A DNA stretch of 46,512 nt from a virus. Lineage: Duplodnaviria; Caudoviricetes. A program made the position numbers and the translations under genes. Location: positions 1 to 46,512 of the IMG/VR virus record IMGVR_UViG_3300020045_004406; one strand, written 5' to 3'. Of the stretch, positions 26,499 to 36,356 are shown one piece after another. Below the pieces are notes generated by a model. The model made no database searches, had not been told where the DNA came from, and saw only the letters and a list, made by a program, of their open reading frames with translations. Each line of letters begins with the position of its first letter. The stretch's first letter is position 1.

Positions 26499-27709
26499 TA
26501 GTATTTACTCAGTAAGTCATCAAGTGACGGCCCTGCGGTGTCTTGAGTTATTCCTGTAGTCATTGCTCCTTCTCCGGATCCGCCTTGTGTGCTTTGCTTC
26601 TGCATGCTCTTCCATGCTGATGCTAGACTTCTTCCTTCAGAATCCTTAAGACCGTCATTTTTAGCGATGAAATCAGCCTTAAACTCTGCATATTCTGCAC
26701 GCTTTTGATTTAGCCGAGACATTGCCTCAAGCCAATTCGACACGTATTCAGGGCTGGCTTTCTCTGTCGGGAATGGCGCCAAAACGATCTGAATGTCGCG
26801 GTCTGTTGCGGGCCCTGGTGGCAAATTCTTAATTGCTTCACTGTTAGAAATAGATAGCGCCTCTTTCTTGAGCGCGGTTATTTCGTCTTGATTGCCGGTT
26901 TGCTCTTTCAGGTACTCAGACCATGTAGATTTTAAGCCGCCACTAGCATTTGATGCGCGCAGGTTTTTAGCAAGATTAACGTATCTTCCAGATGCACTGG
27001 TTGCCTCTGAATACTCATCGCTAGCCTGCCCAAGCTGTTTCTCAGCAAACGCAGAAAGGCCTTTTGATTCTTTAACAAATCCAGCCCCACGACCAAATGC
27101 AGGGGCAGACTCTGGATCTTCCCTCAATAGCCGCTGATATTCGTCCCAATCTTGTTTGTTAGATGTGGCGTCGGCAGCCTTAGGCCCTTGTGACTTTTCC
27201 CACTCGAATTTTTCGCGAGCAAGCTTGTCGCTTTCGCTAATTCCTTCCTGTGCGCCAGATAGAGAGCGGCGCATAAGGAATAGACCGGTCATGGTGCGCT
27301 GTGGATCATCACGCATTCCAGCAATGAATCGGTCTAGTTGAGCGGTATCTTGTCCAGCTTCTTTTCTGTCTTCGGCGGTGTTGAGAGCAAACTGCATAGC
27401 AGAGCGAGGATCATCCTGCGCCAGCGTGTAAAGCATTTCGGTATCGTTTGCGAATTGCTGCATCCTGTCCCCAGCATTCAAAGGAATCCCAACAGCTTTT
27501 GCAAATGCTGAAAATTCACGCGGTTGAGTTGATGCCATTTCATACAATGGGGAATCTTTTCTTATATTGGGCAGCGCCTCGGCAATAAGCTGGCCCATGC
27601 GAATCTCTTTGCGCTTGGCTTCATCTCGCTCAAGTCGTTGCTGGCGAACATCAAGCGCGCCGACAATATCAGCCATCTGTGGGTTTGCGATTTGATCTAA
27701 AATACTCAT
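26498..27709 (-). CDS. DNA ejection protein (P22 gp20-like)
   Basis: LPPGPATDRDI motif; position in the operon. Confidence 0.65.
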   Translation of the reverse strand: MSILDQIANPQMADIVGALDVRQQRLERDEAKRKEIRMGQLIAEALPNIRKDSPLYEMASTQPREFSAFAKAVGIPLNAGDRMQQFANDTEMLYTLAQDDPRSAMQFALNTAEDRKEAGQDTAQLDRFIAGMRDDPQRTMTGLFLMRRSLSGAQEGISESDKLAREKFEWEKSQGPKAADATSNKQDWDEYQRLLREDPESAPAFGRGAGFVKESKGLSAFAEKQLGQASDEYSEATSASGRYVNLAKNLRASNASGGLKSTWSEYLKEQTGNQDEITALKKEALSISNSEAIKNLPPGPATDRDIQIVLAPFPTEKASPEYVSNWLEAMSRLNQKRAEYAEFKADFIAKNDGLKDSEGRSLASAWKSMQKQSTQGGSGEGAMTTGITQDTAGPSLDDLLSKY

Positions 27710-28716
27710 CCAAGTAACCCCGCACCTATTGCTTGTGTTATACCGCCCTGAATTGCGTTGGCTGTGCCGATAGTGCCTGCTGCATTGGCTGCACCTATAT
27801 TTGCCTGACCTTGCGCCACAGTCGATGCCTGACCGCCTGCGATGTTTGCCAATATAGCCGCAAGTTGTTGTGATCCAGCACTGTCCTGCATTCCTGATTG
27901 GTAGATTATATCAGTAATCGTGCTGATATCCTTTGATGCCATATCGCTTAGCGTAATACCTTGCTGACTAAGAAGGTCGGCTATTCCTGATGCTGCCTGC
28001 GATGCGTTCTGTGCAATCGCCTTGCCTGCATCCATTCGCAATCCGCCTTTATTTAGTCCGGCAGAGTATGCAGTATCAGCTAGGTCTCGGGTTAGGCTGG
28101 CCTTGATCTGGTCGCTCATGGTCTGCATGTTTGCGCCGCGATCCGCAACAGTACCTAGATTAGCGAATTGATTCTGGAAGTCCTGAGAAGCAATTCCCGC
28201 TGCATTTCTTTGTAACTCAGTTGCGACATTACCACCAAGCAGTCCGCCTCTTGCTGCCGCGCTTCTTTCGGTTGCGCGCTGCATTTGCTCCATCTGATAT
28301 TGAGCCGCAGGTGATTGCGTCATTGTTGCTTGGGCCGCTGCTGCTGCCGCAGGCCCATTAGCACCAGATAGATCGGCCTGTAACTTAGCTGCACCAGTGC
28401 CGCCTTGTGTGTAGGCGTTTGGTGATGTGATTTGGTTAATTGCTCCACCAAGAATTCCGCCAGCCTGAGCCGCGCCTTGATTGATGGACTGCTCAGCACC
28501 AATAAGTCCTGTTTGCGGGACTCCTGCTGTATTCATTGGCATCGATGGGTTTGCAGGCGCAGCAGTGCCCATAGTCGTTAGCGGGACTCCTGGCGCCGCC
28601 GGAGTGGCGGCTGGTATTTGCGCGCCCGGAAGACCGGAAGCAACAGCGGACTGCATCTGCATCGCCTGATTGGAAACTCCAGACTGAGGAATCATGTATT
28701 TAGTTGCGCTGACCAT
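27706..28716 (-). CDS. DNA ejection protein, gp7-like central and C-terminal part
   Basis: QYQ...ERSAAARGGLLGG...GIASQDFQNQFANL. Confidence 0.65.
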   Translation of the reverse strand: MVSATKYMIPQSGVSNQAMQMQSAVASGLPGAQIPAATPAAPGVPLTTMGTAAPANPSMPMNTAGVPQTGLIGAEQSINQGAAQAGGILGGAINQITSPNAYTQGGTGAAKLQADLSGANGPAAAAAAQATMTQSPAAQYQMEQMQRATERSAAARGGLLGGNVATELQRNAAGIASQDFQNQFANLGTVADRGANMQTMSDQIKASLTRDLADTAYSAGLNKGGLRMDAGKAIAQNASQAASGIADLLSQQGITLSDMASKDISTITDIIYQSGMQDSAGSQQLAAILANIAGGQASTVAQGQANIGAANAAGTIGTANAIQGGITQAIGAGLLG

Positions 28717-28724
28717 GGGTTACC

Positions 28725-29363
28725 TCAGAATAGTTTCTTTAAGAGTTTTTTTGGGCTTATTTTGTCATTAAGTTTTTTACTTAGCCCTAGTGGGTTTGTG
28801 AGCCTTTCTACGGGATCATAAAATTCTTTTTTGGTTGGGTCGCTTGTTATTCCGCCGCCTGTAAGTATCATATCTTTTGTGCTTTGCTTTCCAGCATCCA
28901 CCCCATTTTCTGGCTGAGCACCAATCCCAGATTGGTCTGTCGGGTAAATACTTCCTTGCTGTAATTCTGGAATTACAGCGCCTATCATGTGGTCGGTTCC
29001 GGGTACAATTTGTGGCTGATTCGTGAATCCCATATCAACCGGAAGCCCTAGAATTGCATTGTTTGCCTGCACTGCGCCTTGACCTAAAACAGTTTGCGCT
29101 TGCTGGTTTCCTTGAAGGTATGGCAATGCACGCCTAGGCGCTGCGGTCTTGTAATAATCGAGTGCAGCCTTAATTCCCATACCTGAATTTTTAGAGCTGC
29201 GATCAAATAGCGCCATAACGTCTTGGCGCGCCTGATTGGCAAGCGCGGATGATTGATCAAGGCCTTTTTTAACTCCAGATGCCTGCTTATCAGCAGCTCT
29301 GTTTGAGCTAACAGCTCCGGCAACAGCGCTAACAACTATTGCTCCGCCTACGAAATAAGACAT
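28725..29363 (-). CDS. DNA ejection protein, gp7-like N-terminal part
   Basis: Hydrophobic GGAIVVSAVAGAVSSNRAA.KQ leader and PYLQG motif. Confidence 0.6.
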   Translation of the reverse strand: MSYFVGGAIVVSAVAGAVSSNRAADKQASGVKKGLDQSSALANQARQDVMALFDRSSKNSGMGIKAALDYYKTAAPRRALPYLQGNQQAQTVLGQGAVQANNAILGLPVDMGFTNQPQIVPGTDHMIGAVIPELQQGSIYPTDQSGIGAQPENGVDAGKQSTKDMILTGGGITSDPTKKEFYDPVERLTNPLGLSKKLNDKISPKKLLKKLF

Positions 29364-29782
29364 TTTCTTCCCTCCTGCAGGATCAGGAATTGTTCATGAG
29401 TTTTTACAACAACTTTAGCCTCTGCCTCTTCGCGGGTGGTCGCATCAGATGGGTTTATAGCAATCCACAGCGTGTCTTCGTGCATAAGTAGTGCGCGCTT
29501 GCTTCCGGGCCTGCCAACAAATGTGCATGGGCCGACATATCTCTCAGTTCCATCATCGGTTGTGACTGTCACATCACCAAATGGAATAACTACAATATGC
29601 TCATCGACATGGATATGCCCAGTAACAGCCGCCCCTTTTGGCATAAATAGCTCCCGCGCAACAAGCCCTTTGGCAAAATAATGCACAGGGTTAAAATCAA
29701 TCTGTGGGAGCGATAATATTGCCTGTTCGGCTCGCAATATTTCCGCCCTGCGCTGTTCTTTTGTTTTATCAAGATCATTCAT
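29348..29782 (-). CDS. Cupin-fold phage protein
   Basis: HYFAKGLVARE.FMPKG..VTGHIH...H...PGSKRA...EDT.W. Confidence 0.7.
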   Translation of the reverse strand: MNDLDKTKEQRRAEILRAEQAILSLPQIDFNPVHYFAKGLVARELFMPKGAAVTGHIHVDEHIVVIPFGDVTVTTDDGTERYVGPCTFVGRPGSKRALLMHEDTLWIAINPSDATTREEAEAKVVVKTHEQFLILQEGRKCLIS

Positions 29783-30039
29783 ACAAGCACCCAGCCTTGC
29801 GATTTGTCGCCACCAATATTTTCTAGCTTTTTGATGTAAAGGATTGACCCTGCCGTACCCGCATCATTCATGTAAAGACGAGATTGGCCAGCTTCAACAG
29901 CTCCTTCAGGAGAGCCGGTGCCAATAATTACAGGGAGCCTCGAAACTGCCTCAAAGAACAATGACAGCTCTTGAGTAGCACGCCCCTGAGCATCAACAAC
30001 CTTGATTGACCTGCCCAAATTATCAACTTGCAATCTCAA
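29779..30039 (-). CDS. Small tail-associated protein
   Basis: GTGSPEGAVEA...LY motif; follows the hub gene. Confidence 0.6.
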   Translation of the reverse strand: MRLQVDNLGRSIKVVDAQGRATQELSLFFEAVSRLPVIIGTGSPEGAVEAGQSRLYMNDAGTAGSILYIKKLENIGGDKSQGWVLV

Positions 30040-31474
30040 TCTCCCCTTTCACAAATACCCGGTTGATTGGCTCGCTAATATCCCATCGAATGGTGATTGA
30101 TCGAGGAAATCTACCAAGGCAAGGCCAAGTGACCGGCGCTTGGTATTCCCCTATTTTGCCCATTTTACGCGATATTTCAGGCGAATAGTTAATGCCGCCA
30201 TCTTTCGATACGGACATTCTCACTATGGGATCTGAGCCTTGGCCATTTTGTGGAACAAAGCCAGATTGGCAGACCAATTGAACTTGATTTATTGAAAAAG
30301 GCTTACCTCCGTTATCAATTGGTGGGGTAGTGAAGTAACCTTGAATTTCGTCCTCATACTCATAGTAAACGCTCTTATCGTATGACCCGATTTTACCGGT
30401 GTAAGCGTCACCTACAACGATAGTAGAGAACGCGCCTACCATTGCATTGACTCGCCACGGTGATCTATCACCATCACGGTTCAAGGATTCTCTGCGGTGC
30501 CATAGATTGGTAGAGAAGTCATATACAACCGTACATACTCCCGGAACAGTGAACGAAACAAAACTATGGCCACGCTCTGCCCACTTGATCACATAGGCAG
30601 ACCTAATAGGCTCAATACCGCCACGGAAAATAATAGTGTCGATTGAGGCCGTAGAAATCTTTTGAGGCGGGCCGCCATCAGTAGCCCATATCCCAGGCTG
30701 CTCGTTAACGCCCGAGCCAATCCAAACGAGCATGTTATTGACTTCGACCACGCTCTTGGGCGCATCGCATCCCTTGTTGTAGGTGCCAGAATTAATTCGC
30801 TGATAGGGGAAGCCGGCGCCCCCAACGTTTTGGTATTGCTCGAACGTCTGCGATCCGAACATGAAAACTATGCCGCGCAATGCAGCTCCAACCACGAGAG
30901 GGTCTGGGTCTGACTCGGCACTAGTAAAGTCAAGCGCGTTATAGGCAAGCCCATCGCGAAGCTCGCATAAAAACCATTTATTGCTATTTTTCTTGGTGAA
31001 AATGAAGTAGCCATCAGAAAAGCAAACGCTGCTAACTGGGCCATCAAAATCGCTATCAGAAATTTGTTCGAACGTATCGGTATCAACATCATAAATATAA
31101 GCGTTATGCTGATCGTTATAATCAGGCGTGACAATGCACAACTGGTAACCATTATCAGACGTAAAAACCTGATCTTCTCCCTCTACCGTGTGTGACAAGT
31201 CAGTGAACACAAAATCAACAGGCTTGGTTAGCTCCCAAAGTGAGTCACCTTGTACAGAAAAAGGCCTGTCACCTACTGCATGCAGTCCACGGCAAAAATC
31301 ATTCACCCCAGCTTCACCAATCTCAGCAATACCGCTCACACCGAATAACGCCGCATCGGTAATAGTTTGAGACTCAGGAATGTGGGTGTAGAAGTTAACG
31401 CACTCGCGCACCGAAACGGCAGGAGACTCGTCCACATAGTAGCCAGATGCGATTGGTATAGTTGTGCGCGGCAT
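30023..31474 (-). CDS. Tail hub / DNA stabilisation protein (P22 gp10-like)
   Basis: DGYFIF, ALDF.SAESDPD, GHSF, S.DGG..YS, W..LG motifs. Confidence 0.85.
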   Translation of the reverse strand: MPRTTIPIASGYYVDESPAVSVRECVNFYTHIPESQTITDAALFGVSGIAEIGEAGVNDFCRGLHAVGDRPFSVQGDSLWELTKPVDFVFTDLSHTVEGEDQVFTSDNGYQLCIVTPDYNDQHNAYIYDVDTDTFEQISDSDFDGPVSSVCFSDGYFIFTKKNSNKWFLCELRDGLAYNALDFTSAESDPDPLVVGAALRGIVFMFGSQTFEQYQNVGGAGFPYQRINSGTYNKGCDAPKSVVEVNNMLVWIGSGVNEQPGIWATDGGPPQKISTASIDTIIFRGGIEPIRSAYVIKWAERGHSFVSFTVPGVCTVVYDFSTNLWHRRESLNRDGDRSPWRVNAMVGAFSTIVVGDAYTGKIGSYDKSVYYEYEDEIQGYFTTPPIDNGGKPFSINQVQLVCQSGFVPQNGQGSDPIVRMSVSKDGGINYSPEISRKMGKIGEYQAPVTWPCLGRFPRSITIRWDISEPINRVFVKGEIEIAS

Positions 31475-32466
31475 TAGTAGCGATCCGGATAGAATAGGAA
31501 GCTGGAGAACTCGTCATCAGTTCCTAATGCGTCCTCAACATATGTAGCAGCCTTCTGCTCAAGGATTGCCAGCTTATTGATATCAATGGCGTAAGTAACC
31601 CCCAGCTCAGCAGCTAGCTTGTTTTTCAATGGTAAGAACCACTCAGGAGGAACCAAGACATTCTCAGCCTGATCCTCAGGGATGTACTGAGGCTTGATAA
31701 AGGTAAACTTCACCACCTCATTACAGTTTTGTGCAACAGGCCACACGTTAAAATAACCAACAGATAACTGACGATCGTAATACCATGTGTTCATATTACC
31801 AACAGTGTTTTTTGACGGTTGGCCGTAGAAATCTTTTCTTGCCAGTTGGATTGTAGGCGTGTCGTCCTGCTCGCAATCCCACGCATAGCGCGCATCAAGT
31901 ATTCTGACAGGCTGATCAATAGCTGTTGTGTAGGTGTAGATAACAGCGCCCTCATTGATAAAGCTAGGCAATGGATTGGTTGTTTGGAACCAAAGCTCAT
32001 CAGCGTCCACTTGGGAAATGGTATCCCACCAGCGAGCTCCGTTAGGCAATTCAATACCAACGAAATCACCAACAGTCATACCGGTGACGGTTTCAACTCG
32101 AACTCGCCCATCTTCAAAAACTAATAGCGCGCCATCGTCCAGCTCAAGCAATACCTCACCGTTAAGATCGAATATCGCAGGACCTTCATTGGCAGCAGTA
32201 GTTTCTGTGCAAACGTAATTAGTGAATGCGTGATCGCCGGGGAATGAGTAGCGATTTTGATTCGGGTTTAATGGCAGGAAAGCCTCAGTCTCAGACCAAA
32301 GGTGAATCTGCTTTGTTTGAAGCCATGCAAGGATATCGTTTAGAGTAACGCGACCCTGCTCAAAATCAGTCTCATCAACCTGCAACGCAATGCCGGATAT
32401 ATTTGCAACACGAAGCGCATCACGTATTAAATCGCCAGCTGTTTTCGTGTATACGCCTGTGCTCAT
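31474..32466 (-). CDS. Head-tail adaptor (P22 gp4-like)
   Basis: TAGDLIRDAL...LND...W, WPV, VPPEW...L...LAAEL...Y; start MSTGVY. Confidence 0.7.
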   Translation of the reverse strand: MSTGVYTKTAGDLIRDALRVANISGIALQVDETDFEQGRVTLNDILAWLQTKQIHLWSETEAFLPLNPNQNRYSFPGDHAFTNYVCTETTAANEGPAIFDLNGEVLLELDDGALLVFEDGRVRVETVTGMTVGDFVGIELPNGARWWDTISQVDADELWFQTTNPLPSFINEGAVIYTYTTAIDQPVRILDARYAWDCEQDDTPTIQLARKDFYGQPSKNTVGNMNTWYYDRQLSVGYFNVWPVAQNCNEVVKFTFIKPQYIPEDQAENVLVPPEWFLPLKNKLAAELGVTYAIDINKLAILEQKAATYVEDALGTDDEFSSFLFYPDRY

Positions 32467-32696
32467 ATTACATCGCTCGCATCTATTGGTGGGTCTGCCA
32501 ATGGTGGGCCTGGTCTTGGTGGTCGAGCATCTTTGATTGTATTGTCGTCGCGGTGCGGGCGGATTATATCCTGTGGTTGCCTTGGCTCCCAAAAGTCAGC
32601 CCTTACGAGCCGACCATCCCATCGCATACGACATTCACTGCGCTTGCACTTGAAGCCAGAGATATCGCAAATCACATTGTGATCTTTGTAGTCCAT
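32463..32696 (-). CDS. Conserved small head-tail region protein
   Basis: ICDISGF...W.G.LV..D.WEPRQPQD. Confidence 0.7.
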   Translation of the reverse strand: MDYKDHNVICDISGFKCKRSECRMRWDGRLVRADFWEPRQPQDIIRPHRDDNTIKDARPPRPGPPLADPPIDASDVI

Positions 32697-32698
32697 GG

Positions 32699-33025
32699 CT
32701 AGTTATCAACTTGTGTGTAGCTCAGTGTAATCGTCGCGCCAGCTGTTATAGAGTTAATGTACAGCCTAATAGCAGTTGGGTGCGCATGATAATGGATTGT
32801 TTGGCCAGCTGTTTGGCTGGCTTGGGTTGCGGGATCATCAACGCTCCACAAAAATGGTGGAGTTTTGGTCTGGATATCGTCAAATGTTTGCTGTAGGTCA
32901 TAATTTACAGTGCCAGTGACATCAATCCGCAAAGCCGCATTAGCGCCGCGCCAATCAAGAGGGATAGGCGCGGTGCCAGAGGCCGCGATCAGTAACGTAT
33001 CGTTGTATACCTTTTGGAATTTCAT
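32699..33025 (-). CDS. Beta-rich putative virion protein
   Basis: V.GTVNY..QQT.DD...AIRL pattern; GAGG RBS. Confidence 0.6.
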   Translation of the reverse strand: MKFQKVYNDTLLIAASGTAPIPLDWRGANAALRIDVTGTVNYDLQQTFDDIQTKTPPFLWSVDDPATQASQTAGQTIHYHAHPTAIRLYINSITAGATITLSYTQVDN

Positions 33026-33046
33026 AGTAGCCTCTCAAGGTTAGTA

Positions 33047-33451
33047 TTAAGGCTGCTTGGTGATAATTCCGCGCTGTACAGTAACATGCCACGCAGTAAC
33101 GCCGGTTGCGCCAACGCCAGAGACGATAGTGACAAAGTCACCTTTCTTGATTGTCGCAGCAGCAATGATTAAAGACTTGTTCACTACGGCAGAGCCAGCA
33201 GCCGCAATACCGTCAGCCGCTACAGGGGCAACAGTGATAGATCCGCCGCCGTTATCGCCTTGGTATGAGAATGTATAGACCAACCCGGGCGCAGTTGCTG
33301 GGAGGGTAAACGTGGGTGTACCGCGCTTAACGATGTAGGTTTTGCCAGTATCAGCAGCAACCAAGGTTAAGCTGGTGTTTTGAATAACTGTTCTGTTGTT
33401 GTCTGCCTGAACACTGTCTGTGCCAGTTGGGAACCATGTAACTTTGCCCAT
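33047..33451 (-). CDS. Putative capsid decoration protein
   Basis: LVAADTGK...TFTLPA...GL.YTF pattern; directly after the capsid gene. Confidence 0.55.
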   Translation of the reverse strand: MGKVTWFPTGTDSVQADNNRTVIQNTSLTLVAADTGKTYIVKRGTPTFTLPATAPGLVYTFSYQGDNGGGSITVAPVAADGIAAAGSAVVNKSLIIAAATIKKGDFVTIVSGVGATGVTAWHVTVQRGIITKQP

Positions 33452-33481
33452 TTTTAATTCCTACCTATGACTTAGGATAAA

Positions 33482-33507
33482 AGGAAAAAGGGGGGTTTCT
33501 CCCCCCA
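33482..33507 (-). terminator. Intrinsic terminator after the major capsid gene
   Basis: Minus strand gggggg-agaaac-cccccc-tttttcctt. Confidence 0.8.
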
Positions 33508-33511
33508 ATTA

Positions 33512-34435
33512 TTAAGCGCCTGATGTACCGTAAAGGCCGCGAGGATCACTGTAACCAGTTGAATAACGCTCATAGCCTTTGAAGCGGACGTTGCCATTAG
33601 TAAATGACGTATCCTGATCAAACTCAAGCGCGTTACGCTGGTAGAACTTCAAGCCATCGTCAGCGTCAGTCTTTACGAACCAAGCGCGGGTGTTGGCATC
33701 CAAGAACGGAGAGTTCACAAAGCCACCAGAAACAGAACTCAAATCTTTAACAGCATTTGTAGCGTTGTTCGCGGTATCGTTTTGCAATGCCGACTTCATC
33801 ACGCGTTGGAACTCAAAAGTCAAATCGGTGTGGCCTATCAGCTTCATAGCGCGCAGCTTAATAACCAGACCGCGAGGATCTTTGGCGCGCATGATCAACT
33901 TCAGCATATCCTCCAAGGATGCCTCGGAGAAGTCAGCATCGATAGCCAAACGGTTTGAATAAGTGCCACCGCTTGGGCCATTGATGTGCGCTGTGTTGAT
34001 CATCGACAGGCCATCACCGCCAACCATCGCAGAAGTAGACGAAAACGCAGTATTAAACAATACGTGAGTGCGAACTTCTTTTGATACAGCAAAGGTGCGA
34101 GCAAGTGACTTGGCGCCAGACTTCAGCTGTCCGTATAACTCATCATCCATTGCTTCACGGGTAACAATGAAGCCCTTGGCATAAGGAACATGCACGTACT
34201 TCGGCGCAAAGCCCTGACGACGAGTATCGAAGGAGATATCATCGCCCTCTGCTTTCTCGGTCACCAAGCCCAAGCCTTCCATCTGCACATCAACCTCATA
34301 TGCTTTCTTGGATGTGTCGGTATCGTAAAGCTGAGTGTAAATAGGCTCGTAAGACTTGTAAGAATTACCGAAAACTTTTTTTACCCCTTCCTGCAAGAGG
34401 CGGGGGATACTACCTGTAGTAATAGTGCTGCTCAT
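33512..34435 (-). CDS. Major capsid protein (HK97 fold)
   Basis: KAEG..I.FD, YAKGF.VTREA.DD.LY, GGDG, AWF.KTD, ERYS.G.SDPRG.YG; followed by a terminator. Confidence 0.88.
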   Translation of the reverse strand: MSSTITTGSIPRLLQEGVKKVFGNSYKSYEPIYTQLYDTDTSKKAYEVDVQMEGLGLVTEKAEGDDISFDTRRQGFAPKYVHVPYAKGFIVTREAMDDELYGQLKSGAKSLARTFAVSKEVRTHVLFNTAFSSTSAMVGGDGLSMINTAHINGPSGGTYSNRLAIDADFSEASLEDMLKLIMRAKDPRGLVIKLRAMKLIGHTDLTFEFQRVMKSALQNDTANNATNAVKDLSSVSGGFVNSPFLDANTRAWFVKTDADDGLKFYQRNALEFDQDTSFTNGNVRFKGYERYSTGYSDPRGLYGTSGA

Positions 34436-34437
34436 GA

Positions 34438-34995
34438 TTAGACTCCCACTGCGCCAGCATTGTTAGTTGAAGCGTTAACTTTGACTCGGGCACGGTTACC
34501 AAGAACACCAGCCGAATCAGTCAGCAATGCAACAACGCGGAATGGAAGGGTGACAGTTGTTGCCTTACCTGTGGCGTTTACCGTCATATTGGAAATAGTC
34601 AACCCACCAGACAAGCTGGCAGCAGTGGCAACCAAGTCAACGTTAAGTCCAACATCAGCTACGAGTAATGGGCCGTTAGCAACATCAACTTCATACTCAG
34701 CATGGGGATCAACCTGAACCAACACGGAGCCAGCAGTAGCCGCAGGCAACCCTGTGTCTGTTAAGTTTTCAGTCGCGAAGTTTGGTACGATGCCGGAAAT
34801 AACTCCGGTTACTTGTTGAGTGGCGGCACCAGCATCTACCTGAGCCACACCTGTTGCGGCGGTTGCTGTACCACTAATGCGTACAACGTCACCAATTGAA
34901 AGACGAGTTGCGTGTGCGGCATCTACGTCGAATCTTTCCAGCTTACCATCGGGGCCGTAGTTGACGGAACCCACAAATCTGAATCCACCTGGCAT
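34438..34995 (-). CDS. Capsid cement / minor capsid protein
   Basis: GF..V, IGDVV, V.DP...YEV, ADVG.N motifs; AGGAGG RBS. Confidence 0.65.
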   Translation of the reverse strand: MPGGFRFVGSVNYGPDGKLERFDVDAAHATRLSIGDVVRISGTATAATGVAQVDAGAATQQVTGVISGIVPNFATENLTDTGLPAATAGSVLVQVDPHAEYEVDVANGPLLVADVGLNVDLVATAASLSGGLTISNMTVNATGKATTVTLPFRVVALLTDSAGVLGNRARVKVNASTNNAGAVGV

Positions 34996-35083
34996 GGCAG
35001 ACCTCCTATAAAAAATGAATGAAGAATAGTTGAATCTCTCCGTTCAAATTCCGGCAGGAAGCTGCCGCCTGAACTGGTAAATG

Positions 35084-35566
35084 CTATGCGAATGGATCGC
35101 TATTAACTCGAATCTTGTTGTCGTTGCCGCTCGGCACGTAAGTAGAAAGCCCTTCTGAGCTTGCTTCTTCTGTTTCACCTATGCTAGCACGATAGTTTTT
35201 CTCCCGCAATGCCTCGTCCTCATCGTAATAGATTTTGTCTATACACATTAGGTACATCCGGCGAGCGCCAGACATAGCGGAAATGTTTACACCCTGCTCA
35301 TCGGCAACGTGATCCCACCATGCTGCCTTAGCTGCCTCAATGCGGCCTTTTCCATCATCAGCAAACCAGTAGTATTTCTTGTCTGGCTTCATTAGCGCTG
35401 CCGGATACTGCAGGTTGAAGTCTCCAGTGTTCATTGGCACGCGAGGTGACCGGCCTTCGCCGTGCGCAACTTCTTCACGACTAAGCTGGGATAATGACGC
35501 ATCCACAGAGGCGGAAGCGGCAGACATGTCTGCTGATGATCTTTGGCGCTGATTGTGATTGCTCAT
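35084..35566 (-). CDS. Conserved head-module protein
   Basis: YYW..D..GRI..A....W..V...MYLM.I....Y.ED pattern. Confidence 0.65.
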   Translation of the reverse strand: MSNHNQRQRSSADMSAASASVDASLSQLSREEVAHGEGRSPRVPMNTGDFNLQYPAALMKPDKKYYWFADDGKGRIEAAKAAWWDHVADEQGVNISAMSGARRMYLMCIDKIYYDEDEALREKNYRASIGETEEASSEGLSTYVPSGNDNKIRVNSDPFA

Positions 35567-36345
35567 TATTTGTTACCTTTTCTGTCAAGTGCTACGGCTT
35601 TTAAGAACTCTTTCTCGCTATCAAATAGCCCAGAGTCCCACGCTTTTTGTTCTTCACGCGTAAGGTTTTTCATTGAAACCTCGGCATAATCATTGCGGGA
35701 AGCCGTAGATGATCGCGAGCTTTCTGCAATTTGCGATGGCTTGGTTGATTTTGATGAGAACTTCTTAGCGATGGCAATATCAACCAATTCCAGGGCTTCT
35801 GCTGGATCGCTTCCAGCGCTAATAGCAGCCTTGTATGTTCTCTGTGCTAGCGGAAGCCTTGCGTCAGCCGGATCATTGCACCAAGGATTTGCCGCCTCCC
35901 ACTCCACAACCTCAGCAGGTGCGGACTGCTTGACCGGCTCGTCATCTTTTGCCAGATCGTCAAGCTTATCAAGTTCAGCAAGCTGCTTATCAATGGCCTT
36001 AACGCCAGCCTTGTCAGCCTCTTCGATGTAATTGTCGCGCTTCGATAAAAGCTCTTCGCGCTGATTCTTTAGTGTGACCTGATGCAATAACTTCAGGTTC
36101 TTGATCTGATTTTCATGTTCTTTCTGTAACTTGGCGGTTTGTTTGATGCGCTCGCCACGCTCTTTGTAAACCTCTTCGCTCACCCAGTCTTCAGGGTTTT
36201 TTCCTGACTCAACCCAAGCTTCTTTGGTCATATAGCCGCGAGGTGCTGGCTTATCATCAACAACATCCACATGCTCGATAACCTCTTCGACTATCTCTGC
36301 ACCATCCTCAAAAACATCATCAATATTTTCTGCTGCATCTGTCAT
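35566..36345 (-). CDS. Scaffolding protein
   Basis: Acidic N-terminus, coiled coil, W...NPW, LT.EE...EFLK tail. Confidence 0.7.
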   Translation of the reverse strand: MTDAAENIDDVFEDGAEIVEEVIEHVDVVDDKPAPRGYMTKEAWVESGKNPEDWVSEEVYKERGERIKQTAKLQKEHENQIKNLKLLHQVTLKNQREELLSKRDNYIEEADKAGVKAIDKQLAELDKLDDLAKDDEPVKQSAPAEVVEWEAANPWCNDPADARLPLAQRTYKAAISAGSDPAEALELVDIAIAKKFSSKSTKPSQIAESSRSSTASRNDYAEVSMKNLTREEQKAWDSGLFDSEKEFLKAVALDRKGNK

Positions 36346-36356
36346 AGGAGTTTTCC

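Noticed and set aside
35054-35072. cggcag-gaag-ctgccg hairpin upstream of the cement and capsid genes
   Set aside because: A single 6-bp stem with no U tract; could be a processing or stability element, but too little evidence to call.
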